Assembly: GCA_051294375.1 (NCBI GenBank)
Contig: CM119267.1
Location: 2,320,946-2,384,945, forward strand
DNA length: 64,000 bases
Reading direction: 5' to 3'
Source: Paraspadella gotoi
Taxonomy: Eukaryota > Animalia > Chaetognatha
Shown: piece after piece, positions 1 to 11,248 of the stretch
Position numbering within the stretch: position 1 is the stretch's first letter
How the letters are laid out: each line of letters begins with the position of its first letter
The notes under the pieces: model-generated
Told to the model about the DNA's origin: nothing
Database searches by the model: none
Seen by the model: the letters and a program-made list of their open reading frames with translations, nothing else
Translations under genes and position numbers: made by a program

Positions 1-34
<34 letters not shown>

Positions 35-97
35 GGAGAAAGAGAGAAAGAGAGAGAATGAGAGACCGAGAGGTAGTGCGAAAGAAATTGAGAAGTT

Positions 98-1043
98 TCA
101 AACTTTTAAAAAAGAAAAAAAAGAAAGAAAAGAGAAAGAAAAAGAAAGAATAAGAAAAAAGAAAGGAAAAAGGAAAAAGAAAGTAAAAAGAAAAAAAAGT
201 AAAAAGAAAGGAGAAAAGAAAAAAAAGGAAAAAGAAAAGAAAAAGGAAAAAGAAAGTAAAAAGAAAGAAAAAAAGAGACGAAAAGAGGAAAAAGAAAGAA
301 AAAAGGAAAAAAAAGGAAGAAGAAATGAAAAAAAAGGAAAAAGAAAGGAAAAAGGAAAAGGAAAGTAAAAAGAAAGGAAAAAGAGAGGAAAAAGAAAAAA
401 GAAAGTAAAAAGAAACGAAAAAGTAAAAAGAAAGGAAAAAAGAAGAAAAAGGAAAAAGAAAGGAAAAAGAAAAGAAGAAAAATAAAAGAAAAAGAAAAAA
501 AGAAAGGAAAAAGAAAAAAAAAGGAAAAAGAAAAAAGAAAAGAAAAAGTAAAAAGAAAGGAAAAAGGAAAAAGAAAAGAAAAAGGAAAAAGAAAAGAAAA
601 AGGAAAAAGAAATGAAAAAGAAAGGAAAAAGGACAAAGAAAGTAAAAAGAAAGGAAAAAAGAGAGGAAAGAGGCAAAAAAGAAAAAAAAAGAAAGGAAAA
701 AGAAAAGAAGAAAAAGGAAAAAGAAAGGAAAAAGAAAAAGGAAAAAGAAAAGAAAAAGAAAAAAGAAAGGAAAAAGAAAAAGAAAGGAAAAAGAAAAAAG
801 AAAAGAAAAAGAAAGGAAAAAAGGAAATAGAAAAGAAAAAAGAAAAAGAAAAGAAAAAGAAAAAAGAAAATAAAAAGAAAGGAAAAAGGAAAGAAAAAGG
901 AAAAAGAAAGGAAAAAGGAAAAAGAAAGGAAAAAGGAAAGAAAAAGTAAAAAGAAAGGAAAAAGGAAAAGAAAGGAAAAAGTAAAAAGAAAGGAAAAAGG
1001 AAAAAGAAAGTAAAAAGAAAGGAAAAAGGAAAAAGAAAGGAGA
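98..1043. repeat. ~950 bp homopurine (A/G) low-complexity tract
   Basis: Almost only A and G, built from degenerate GAAAAA/GGAAAAA/GTAAAAA units. It produces the spurious F/S/L-rich ORFs 98..1297 and 106..1080. Confidence 0.95.
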
Positions 1044-1116
1044 GCCCATTTTTCTTGATCCTCTGATTCCCGCGACGCAAAATCTATTGAATCCAGGTTT
1101 TTTCTCTTCGTCTCAG

Positions 1117-1385
1117 GTGGCGGAGGAAAAGAGAGATACGCCTCGCGCGACGATGATGACGATGACGACGATGATGACGACGATGATGACGACGATGATG
1201 ACGACGACGATGACGACGACGATGACGACAACGACGACAACGACGACGGTGAAGCGATTAAGAAAAACAACGACAATGATTCGAGGTCCTCGCCCACAGG
1301 CGATTGTCAAATACAAAGTAATCATCAAATGACATTAAAATATCACATAAACAAGAAAGATTCCATTCGAATCAATGTCAAATGA
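1117..1385 (+). CDS. Possible acidic (poly-Asp) terminal exon, unidentified
   Basis: A pyrimidine tract plus CAG (ttttctcttcgtctcag, AG at 1115-1116) precedes an open frame GGGKERYASR-Dn-GEAIKKNNDNDSRSSPTGDCQIQSNHQMTLKYHINKKDSIRINVK* (TGA 1383-1385). No homology recognised; it may just be a microsatellite. Confidence 0.15.
1149..1248. repeat. (GAC/GAT)n trinucleotide microsatellite
   Basis: Uninterrupted run of GAC/GAT/AAC triplets. Confidence 0.9.
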
Positions 1386-2371
1386 AGTCAATGAAGAGAA
1401 AATGAATAAAAATGAAGCAGAAAGAGAATAAAAAATGAAGCAAAAAAAAACTGAGCATAAAATGATTTAAAAATGGAGAAAGTCTCGAATCCCGCCACGC
1501 CATATGGAATCGACTTCGTGAGAGAATTGGGATTGAGAGCGAGAGAGAGAGAGAAAGGGGNNNNNNNNNNNNNNNNNNNNNNNNNNNNNNNNNNNNNNNN
1601 NNNNNNNNNNNNNNNNNNNNNNNNNNNNNNNNNNNNNNNNNNNNNNNNNNNNNNNNNNNNNNNNNNNNNNNNNNNNNNNNNNNNNNNNNNNNNNNNNNNN
1701 NNNNNNNNNNNNNNNNNNNNNNNNNNNNNNNNNNNNNNNNNNNNNNNNNNNNNNNNNNNNNNNNNNNNNNNNNNNNNNNNNNNNNNNNNNNNNNNNNNNN
1801 NNNNNNNNNNNNNNNNNNNNNNCTTTAACTTATGTTTGTTTGCCTATATAAACTAAGAAATGTAAATAAAAAACAGAGAGACTAAAAGATAATGCTAATT
1901 TTTAAAATTTTTTATAAAAGTTAATTAATTAGTCAGAGATGATGATGACAAACTGTGGACATCGAGAGAATACGGGTGACAATATCGACGATGACAACGA
2001 CGACGACGAAGAGAGAATGACAACGACAAAGAAGGAAGAAGAAGATGACGACGACAACGACGACCAAAGACAACAACAATTTCCGCACTGGAAAAAAAAG
2101 GACCACGTGGTTATGTTGTTGTTGTTGTTGTTGTTCTGTGAGACTTGGCGATGGAATTCACTGAACCCTTTTTCATTTTTAACGATTCACAACATTTCAC
2201 CCCCACATCTTTGATCCACGCCCCTCACTCACCCATTCTCCCACACCTTCACCTCCACCCACACCTCCACCCACACTTCCACCCACACTTCCACCACTAC
2301 ATATCCGTCGCTCTGGGAAAATCTGCGAGGCTTCGATGCGGAGAAAAGATTAGGGGTTTTTACTGCCGTCG

Positions 2372-2405
<34 letters not shown>

Positions 2406-2591
2406 NNNNNNNNNNNNNNNNNNNNNNNNNNNNNNNNNNNNNNNNNNNNNNNNNNNNNNNNNNNNNNNNNNNNNNNNNNNNNNNNNNNNNNNNNNNNNNN
2501 NNNNNNNNNNNNNNNNNNNNNNNNNNNNNNNNNNNNNNNNNNNNNNNNNNNNNNNNNNNNNNNNNNNNNNNNNNNNNNNNNNNNNNNNNNN

Positions 2592-2622
<31 letters not shown>

Positions 2623-2916
2623 AGGATTGGGCACGGATGCGCCCGCGAGCCTCATAATCCGATGGGAGGAAAAAAGAAATAAGAATCTGGCCAAAATAAA
2701 ATGTCTCTTGGGAGAACATGTTCAAACATGTCCATCCATGTTCAATTGTTCATCCATGTTATTTGTGAAGCCCTCTGGTTTAATAAGATTACAAATTGGG
2801 ACTTTTGATTTTTTTTTCTCCAAACAAATGAGTTTTTGTTAGTTATTTCAGCGGTTTTAGTTTAATTTATATCCTTGGCTGTGATTCTCATTTATGTTGG
2901 TCTCACCTTTCTCTTT

Positions 2917-2955
<39 letters not shown>

Positions 2956-3087
2956 ATGTTTTTCTTCTTTTCGATTCGTTTAGCGTCGTCAACGAAAAAA
3001 CCTTCTTAGTCTCAAACGATTCAATTTATTTTTTTTTTCACAGGAAACTTTTTGCGAGTCTTCGAAATTGCCAAGTTGTTTTGGCCC

Positions 3088-3492
3088 GAGTCACTGATGT
3101 TTTGGTCCATGTTCCTGCTCTTTTCATTCAGCAGTCACTGATGTTTCGTTCCATGTTTCTGTTGTTTTCATTCTGCAGTCACTGATGTTTTGGTCCATGT
3201 TCCTGCTCTTCATTCTGCAGTCACTGATGTTTTGTTCCTTGTTTCTGTTGTTTTCATTCTGCAGTCACTGATGTTTCGTTCCATGTTTCTGTTGTTTTCA
3301 TTCTGCAGTCACTGATGTTTTGGTCCATGTTCCTGCTCTTCATTCTGCAGTCACTGATGTTTCGTTCCATGTTTCGGTTGTTTTCATTCTGCAGTCACTG
3401 ATGTTTTGGTCCATGTTCCTGCTCTTCATTCTGCAGTCACTGATGTTTCGTTCCTTGTTTCTGTTTTTTTCATTCTGCAGTCCCTTATGTTT
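3088..3492. repeat. Minisatellite with two unit types (42 bp A and 44 bp B), ~9.3 units
   Basis: A=CAGTCACTGATGTTTTGGTCCATGTTCCTGCTCTTCATTCTG; B=CAGTCACTGATGTTTCGTTCCATGTTTCTGTTGTTTTCATTCTG. Units start at ~3088, 3132, 3176, 3218, 3262, 3306, 3348, 3392, 3434 and 3478 (partial), in the order A B A B B A B A B. Confidence 0.95.
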
Positions 3493-3850
3493 CGACCTAT
3501 ATTCTATGTTCTATGATTGACAGATCGTGTAAGGAAGTAACTGACGATGAAGATGATGATGATTTCGACGAAGTTTTGTTTCCGCAAAATCCTTTCTTTC
3601 CATTTGATTTGGTTGCTGACGTTTATTGCAGCTCCGATGCAATGCGATTCCTTGAATTGCCCTCGTCTTCTGACCTTTTTCCTCAGATTTGGCTTTCGCG
3701 TCGAGTCACAATCTCTGATCTGATCCTCCGAAGTCAAAACAATTGTTACCTAGATATACAATATACATCAATTGTAATATCGCTTTTTGGATCGTCTTGT
3801 TTTTTTTTTAATGTTTTGTCTGAACATATATTGCGGCAGACGTTGCTGTT

Positions 3851-3887
<37 letters not shown>

Positions 3888-3994
3888 GTGCAAAGCCGAA
3901 GCCTTTTTTTCTTCCAAATTCTCAGTGGAAATTCCCTGGAGAAACGAGGATCTCAAATCCTCAGCGAGGAGAAGGAAAAAAATCGGGGACAAAA

Positions 3995-4300
3995 AAAGGA
4001 AAATGGGGCAGAAGGAAAGAGGAAAAAGGAAAAAAAGAAAGGAAGGAAGGGAAAAAAAGGAAAATGGGGCAGAAGGAAAGAGGAAAAAGGAAAAAAGAAA
4101 GGAAAGAAGGGAAAAAAAAAGAAAATGGGGCAGAAGGAAAGAGGAAAAAGGAAAAAAGAAAGGAAGGAGAGAAAAAAGGAAAATGGGGCAGAAGGAAAAA
4201 GGAAAATCGAAAAAAGAAAGAAAGGAAGAAAAAAAGTAAAATGGGGCAGAAGGAAAAAGGGGAAAAGCTAAGAAAGAAAAATGAGGCAGAAGGAAAAATA
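3995..4300. repeat. ~60 bp purine-rich minisatellite, 5-6 copies
   Basis: The anchor ATGGGGCAGAAGGAAA recurs at ~4003, 4064, 4125, 4183 and 4241, with a degenerate copy at 4281. Confidence 0.9.
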
Positions 4301-4831
4301 AAAAAAGGAAAAAAGGAAAAAAAGCGAAAAAAATGGAGAAAAAAGGAAAAAAATAAGAGAAAAAAAATGAAATGAAAAATATCTGAAAGGAAAAGAAAAA
4401 AATGTGTAGCTGTCTCATCCTCGTCTATAGACCAAGTTCTTTCAGTGGCTCATTGAATATAAACCATCCTCTTAGGATCACTCTGTACCGGGTTAAATCT
4501 CTAGCGTGAAAGCATGAGTTGGCCGTCTTCGGGTCATGAAAAACCGACAACCTGGTTCCAAGCGCTGACGAGGGGCAGAAGAAGCTACGGATAATCCATT
4601 ACTTAAGATTTTATCGACATACGTAGTTTTGTATAATAAATTTGGTGAGTCATATTAGTAGAATTTTCAAAGTTAGAAAAAAATTAGTGAAAGAAATAAA
4701 AAAGGAAAGAAGAAAGAAAAATAGAAAAAGGAAAAGAAAAAGGAAAAAAGGAAAAAAGGAAAAAAGGAAAAAAGGAAATACAATTCGGTTTATTTTTTTT
4801 TCTCCCTAAATCTTATCATCGTAACAATGCG

Positions 4832-4833
4832 TT

Positions 4834-4913
<80 letters not shown>

Positions 4914-5020
4914 GCTTTCTTTCTATCTTTTTTTCTTGCTTTCTTGCTTTCTTTCTTGCTTTCTTTTCTTATTTCTTTCTTGCTATCTTTTTTTTCTCTC
5001 TCTTTCTTTCTTTCTTTCTT
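4832..5020. repeat. (TTTC)n microsatellite with degenerate tail
   Basis: Perfect TTTC run from ~4832 to 4912, then degenerate. Confidence 0.9.
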
Positions 5021-5396
5021 AATATAAAAATACGAAAAGTCCATAGAATTGGCTAATTAAAACAAGAAACTGAAAATAATTACGCAGTAATTAAAAAAAT
5101 AATCATAACGAAACAAAAAAAGATAATGAAGTAAACACTGAACAATACAAAAATAAAGAGAGAAAGACTGAGAGAGATAGGGAGAAAGAGAGAGGAAAAA
5201 AGAGAAAGAGAAAAAGAGAGAAAGAAAGAGAGAGAAAGAGAGAGNNNNNNNNNNNNNNNNNNNNNNNNNNNNNNNNNNNNNNNNNNNNNNNNNNNNNNNN
5301 NNNNNNNNNNNNNNNNNNNNNNNNNNNNNNNNNNNNNNNNNNNNNNNNNNNNNNNNNNNNNNNNNNNNNNNNNNNNNNNNNNNNNNNNNNNNNNNN

Positions 5397-5429
<33 letters not shown>

Positions 5430-6844
5430 CGATTAAGATGGGATAACAAAGGAGGAACCGGCAGATACGCCCCGAAGAAAAGAACCTCATATTGTCGCAC
5501 GAAAATAAATCTCACACAAAAAAAGTAAATAAATCTCATTCAAATACGTTTTTTTTCTTTCTTTTTTTTTCTTTTTTCTCTTTCTTTTTTTGGTGGAATC
5601 GAATTTTCTTTCTTTTGTGTTTCCATTCTTTCGACTTCAAGTCTCAACCTGTGACGAAAATGAGGAAAAAAAATGTGATACCGGTCTTGGGCTGTCAGTC
5701 TCTCTGTCCCTCTGTTTGTCTGTCTTTCTGTCTGTTTCGCGCTCTCGTCTCCCTCTCTTTTTCTCTCTCTTGCGGTCTCTCTCTCTCTCTCATCTCTCCT
5801 CCTCGTCTCTCATCTCTCCTCTCTCATCTCTCTTGCTCCTCTCGTCTCCTGAATGCGCAAGGCTAGAGAGGAGTCAAATTTTGGATGGGAAGATGAGGAG
5901 GAGAAGGAGGAAGAGTAGGAGGAAGATGAAGAGGAGGAGGAGGAGGATGAGGGAGCAACAAAATCTGAGGAGAAATCGAAAGAAAGGAATTATTTTCGCT
6001 CTAAAGGGATAGAGGAAAGAAAGAGAAGAAAGAAAAAAAAGGAAAGAAAAGAGGAAAGGAAGATAGGAAAGAGGGGACGAAAAAAAGCGAAGAAAGAAGA
6101 GAGGAAAGATAGGGAGGAAAGACGAAGAGAAGAAAAGAAAGGGAAGAAAAAAGAGAGGATAGAAGGAGAGGAAAGAACAAAAAGACAGAAAATGAAATAA
6201 AAAACAAGAAAGAATAAGAGAGAAAAAAGAGGAAAAGGCTGTGAGAATGGGAGAAAAGNNNNNNNNNNNNNNNNNNNNNNNNNNNNNNNNNNNNNNNNNN
6301 NNNNNNNNNNNNNNNNNNNNNNNNNNNNNNNNNNNNNNNNNNNNNNNNNNNNNNNNNNNNNNNNNNNNNNNNNNNNNNNNNNNNNNNNNNNNNNNNNNNN
6401 NNNNNNNNNNNNNNNNNNNNNNNNNNNNNNNNNNNNNNNNNNNNNNNNNNNNNNNNNNNNNNNNNNNNGAGAGAAACATGTGAAAGAAAAAAAAGCGAGA
6501 GAGAATAAAAAACAGGATATAAAGCAGAGATAGCGAATAAAGCAGAGAACCAGGCAAGTGTCGATAAAAAAGAAAGAAAAAAAANNNNNNNNNNNNNNNN
6601 NNNNNNNNNNNNNNNNNNNNNNNNNNNNNNNNNCGACGACGACGACGACTACGACGACGACTACAACGACGACGACGACGACAAGGATGATGAATGAATG
6701 TAAGAATCAGGAATTAATTTTTCTTTGGGAGTCGAAGCTAAAATGACTCGACAACGAAAACAACAAAAACAACGACAACAACGACGAGAAAAAACTTCAA
6801 AAATTACTAATAAAAAAAAAAATATATATAGTAAGGCGTAGTGA

Positions 6845-7395
6845 AAGTTGCAGATCAAAATGCGAATAGTTGTTCATGAACAGTCTTGTACTAACGAACA
6901 ATGATATATAATTTCTCAATTTTTGCAATTTATACATAGTACTTACCATAGAAAATGTCCAAATTTTAAAATAGTTTTTTTTTTTAGTTTTGAAAGCAGA
7001 TTCGAATTTCTCATAAAAAGTTGATAAAAGAAAATATAAGTCTTAATCAAAAATTATTTTATTAAATAAGCTAAAAATAAAAAAAATATATTTTTTATAC
7101 TAAAATTAAATTATAAGTTATTAATAATAGTTTTTTTAGGATTTTGACCCACATAACGAAATAATTTTCAACAAAGAGTTATATTTCTTTTTATAAACCT
7201 TTCGTGAGGAATTCGAATCTGCTTTCAAAATTAAGAAAAATCTATTTTAAAGTTTTAACATTTTCTATGGTAGGTACTATGCATAAATATGGGCGTATGC
7301 GAAAATTGAGAAATTAAAAAACGATTTTTTTTATATATCAATGTTCACAGGTACAATCCTGTTCACGATCTACTATTCGAATTTCGATTCTACTT
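6845..7395. mobile_element. MITE/foldback-like non-autonomous element with ~220-240 bp imperfect terminal inverted repeats
   Basis: TTTTGAAAGCAGATTCGAATT (6988-7008) pairs with its exact reverse complement at 7210-7230. TACCATAGAAAATGT (6944-6958) pairs with 7258-7272. The outer arm gatcaaaatgcgaatagttgttcatgaacag pairs with the reverse complement of ~7358-7390. The core is short, AT-rich and non-coding. Confidence 0.65.
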
Positions 7396-7542
7396 GATTT
7401 TAATATTTTTTTGCTAATATTTAATATACAGTAAATCCTCTTTATTAGCACCTTTTAATTTATTAAGACAAAAAACGTTAAAAGTTTTAAAGTTGAACAG
7501 ATGGAAAATGATGTTAACTTATGGTTTTCATTAATCTGAAAG

Positions 7543-7810
7543 TCTGAATTGTCCCACAAGAATTGAGTTCGAAAGGAATAAATGTGAAATTTGTGAGATT
7601 CATATTGGAAGTGAAAATTACGACCGAGTCGATCTTAAACAATTCTAGTAACAAGTCCAGATGTCGACAGCGTCGCGTCTCTCTTTGCGTCATTGGCTGC
7701 GCCAATTTCTGCGCCACTGCGTCATTCGCTGCGTCACTCTACACGCCAGACTTAATGCCTCAGCCTTTCAAGCCCGAAGCGTCACCGATTTTTCGTCTTG
7801 GGATTTGAGT
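7543..7810 (+). CDS. Candidate exon or complex-sequence island, frame unresolved
   Basis: The consensus with the copy at 28010-28292 (-) gives a long open frame, SDCPTRIEFERINVKFVRFILEVKITTESILNNLVTSPDVDSVASLFASLARQFLRH..., after tgaaag. A second frame is also open for ~60 codons. No homology recognised. Confidence 0.2.
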
Positions 7811-8115
7811 GAATGGAAACTAAACGATGAGAATTGAAAAACTAGGGGAAGGAAGAAGAGAGGAGAGGGGGAGGAAGAGGAGGAAGAGAGGAAAGGGAGG
7901 AAGAAGAGGAGGAAGAGAGGAGAGGGAGGAGAAGGAGGAAGAAAACAGAGGTGAGGAAGAGGAGGAAAAGGAGGAGTGGGAGAAGGAAGCGGAAGAGGAA
8001 AAGAATGAAGAAGAGGAAGAGGAAAGAAAAAAAGAAAAAAAGAAGATGGAAAGAAGATTTGATGAAAGAAAGAAACGATGCAGCGGTAAAAATATTTCAT
8101 CCCAAGCCTAATATC

Positions 8116-8169
8116 GTACAAGGTGTTTCTGAGGGACTGATCTTGTACAAGGTGTTTCTGGGGGACTGA
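8116..8169. repeat. 30 bp tandem duplication
   Basis: GTACAAGGTGTTTCTG(A/G)GGGACTGA occurs twice, 30 bp apart. Confidence 0.85.
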
Positions 8170-8644
8170 ACTTTATCCTGGTTATCATGAAAAACAGTTT
8201 TAAATTTTATTTAAAAGCCAAAAAGGCAACAAGTTTCCCAAAATTTTGGACAAAATAATTTTTGGACGGTTGAATCTTTTCGACATTTTTTTATCGTGTT
8301 CCTTTCTTTACCCTTTTTAATTTTTACTAAACATCATTTAAATTTAATTAATCATAATTTATAAATTGGGAGCTTTTTAGCTTTTTTCAGTTGGTCCTCG
8401 AGAAACGTAATGTTTATTCATACATACATTTTTCGAAAATCCACCTCAAATTTTTTTAAGACAGAAAAAAAAAATCGATTTAACATTGGAGGAAAAAAAA
8501 ACGAGGGACGAAATGACGACGACGACAATGACGACGACAATGACGATGACAAAGACGATGACAAAGACGATGATGACGACGATGACAAAGACGATGATGA
8601 CGACGAAGACGACGACGAAGACGACGACGAGGATGACGATTCAG

Positions 8645-8675
8645 GCAAAGAAATGTATACCCGGTAGTGGAATTA

Positions 8676-8720
<45 letters not shown>

Positions 8721-9024
8721 CTTCATCGTGCACCGGTCCCATTCTTTACTCCAACGCCACCTTGTTGAAGGAAGGCCGAACGAGGTAGGGTCGTTCTTCC
8801 AACGACGCGTTTGGTCACTCTCTCTCTCTCTCTCTCTCCTCTCCGTCTTCTCTCTCTCTCTCTCTCCTCCTCTCTCTCGTCTCTCTCTCTCCTTCTCCGT
8901 CTCTCTCTCTCTCTCTTATCACCCGCATCTCGCGATTGTCTCACTTAACCCAGACGATGCATCTCCGCCGGGGGCGAACCTTCCGCACTCCCTCTGGCGA
9001 CGTTCGGCACACTTGGGATTTTGA
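8645..9024 (+). CDS. Candidate last two coding exons (8645-8784, 8954-9024) of an unidentified gene with a poly-Pro tract
   Basis: Acceptor ttcag|G at 8644/8645; donor GAG|gtaggg at 8784/8785; intron with (CT)n and cttaac-ccag ending at 8953; TGA at 9022-9024; AATAAA at 9055-9060. The shortest consensus with the copy at 26512-26971 (-) reads KEMYTRSGIT-P15-SSS(C/V)TGPILYSNATLLKEGER/DDASPRGDLPHSLWRRSHTWI*. Confidence 0.3.
8677..8719. repeat. (GCC)n microsatellite
   Basis: About 14 perfect GCC units. Confidence 0.95.
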
Positions 9025-11193
9025 GAATGAGGCCGCTCCCAACAGAAGACGAACAATAAAGGCGATGTTATGATCCGAAACCGCGGCGGACGCGTGTCGT
9101 AAAACAAAGGCGGGAGAGAGGAGAGAAGACGAGAGAGAAGAGAGAGAGAGGCAGAGAGGAGAGAGGAGAGAGGTGGAGAGGAGGAGGGAGGGGAGAAAAG
9201 TAGAGAGAAAAAAACTGGAGAGAAAGCAGGGAGGCGGAAAGAGAGAGAGATAAGAAAGAAAAGAAAGAAAAAATAAAAAGAAAGAGAAGAGAGAGAGAGA
9301 GACGGAAGATGAGAGGAGAGAGAGAGACTAGGCGGGAGAGAGACAGGAGAAATAGAAAGAGAGGGGGGAAGAGAGAGAGAGAGGCGAGAGACAAAATCTC
9401 GGAGAGAGGAGAGGGAGAGAGAGGCGGGGGGAGAGAAGGGAAAGAGAGAGCAGACGAGAGGAGGAGGAAGAGAACGAAGAGAAGACAAGAGAAAGAAAGA
9501 AGAAAGAAAAATAATAAAAGAAAGAGAGAGAAGAGAAGACGAGAGAGAGAGATGGAGAAGAGAGAGAGAGAGAGGAAGAGATTCGCCGCCGCAGCGCGAG
9601 AATTTTTGCTTCGCCTCGCCGGTTTTTAGTCCTTGAAGGCGTCCTTAAAATTCACTGTGACGGGATTTTTGTCGCTAAGCCGCCTCTTGGCGGTTGACAA
9701 AAACCAGACGGAAGAAAGAATAACATGCAGCAATTTTTTTTAAAACGGAAACTAAAAACTTGAGAAAAAATATTTAAAATAAGTGTTTAGAATGTGAAAA
9801 GAATTTAAAGGGACGGAGATTTGATGGAAAATAGAGGAAGACGAGAAGAAGAGAGAGAGAGAGAGAAGAGAGAGAGACGAGGTGAGAGAGAGAGAGAGAG
9901 AGATGAGAGAGAGAGGAGAGAGATGAGAGAGTAGCAGAGTGAGAGAGGAGAGAGAATAGAAGGAGAAGCACTTTACAGGATAGTTGGTCGAAGACCTTGG
10001 ACATACTCCAATCGGAACCTGTCAATAGGCAATTCAAAAAATGTGGAGGGCGAAGAAGAGGAGAGTCGGAGAGGAGAAAGTGACGTGGGAGAGCGGAAAA
10101 GCAGTAGATTGTAGGAAAAGAGAGAAAAGAGAGAGACGGGATGAGAGAGATAGAGAGAGAGAGAGAGAGAGAAGAGGAGAAGAGAGAGAGAGAGAGAGAG
10201 GAGAAGAGAGAGAGAGAGAGAGAGTCCTCACCAGACCATTTCGTATCTGAAAGCCAATTTTCTCTCAGTTATAACTTTTAAGGAAAGTTTCCATTTTTTA
10301 GGTTTTTCTTCTTCTTTTTTTTTAAATATGCACACATTTTTATAAGTGTTATATATATGTGAGAGAGTCCTTGCCATTTATTTAGGCTCATAAAACTTGA
10401 AAGCTAAATGCTTAGCTTTCAAAATCCTGTTTTTTTTTACTTCTGCTCACGCAAAATTTTTTTTCAATCGTATTCAATAGAGAATTCCCCAACAATGATG
10501 ATGAGGAAGTTCATTTGTCATTTCGATATAAAATCATTTTCTTTGTGCCTTTTATGTACCAAAAAAAATCAGCAAATTTACCCTAATTCATTAGGTAGGT
10601 TTTCGTGAAGCAAGTGTTTGGCGGCATTAAAACAAAATCATGGTTTCGACGACTTACGATTGTGAACAACTAAATGGTATATCTGGGCAAAGAAAAATGC
10701 AAATGAGTTTTAAGTTCTAGATGTAGTAATATGTTGATCAGGGCGTCAAAACAGAGAGCTGGAAAATGTTTCAGAATCGTTAGCCGCTACTTCCAACTTT
10801 TACTTTAGGTAGCTTTTAATTAAGTTTTTCTTGTCCAATGTCAAACAGTTATATATCATATAAAACGGTATGAATCAGAACGAAATTCAAATAATTTTTA
10901 TCTAGCCATTTTTTCAAATTCAAGGTTAGAACCATTTTATTTTGAAGAGACAAATTCAGAAAGGAAAGAGAAAAAATAAAAATGAAGAAAAAAAGCGAAA
11001 AAAAAGGGGAAAACTAAAAAAAAAAGCAAATAAGCCAAAAGCAAAAGGGAAAAAACTCCATAAAGTCACATAAATATTTACGAACTCGTAATCGAATTTC
11101 GTCCGAAAATTCGGCTAAACTTTTTTTCGATGGGAAAATTTGATTCTTTATCTTTTGTTTAATGCATTTTGACGATTTCTGTGTGGGAGTGAT

Positions 11194-11248
<55 letters not shown>

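Noticed and set aside
3088-3492. CRISPR-like repeat/spacer appearance
   Set aside because: The variable segments are only two related sequences used repeatedly, there are no cas genes, and the context is eukaryotic.
7595-7790. SEA-domain-like reading (FILEVKITT...STRADLILTF)
   Set aside because: It needs selective choice of indels between the copies and is too short for the domain.
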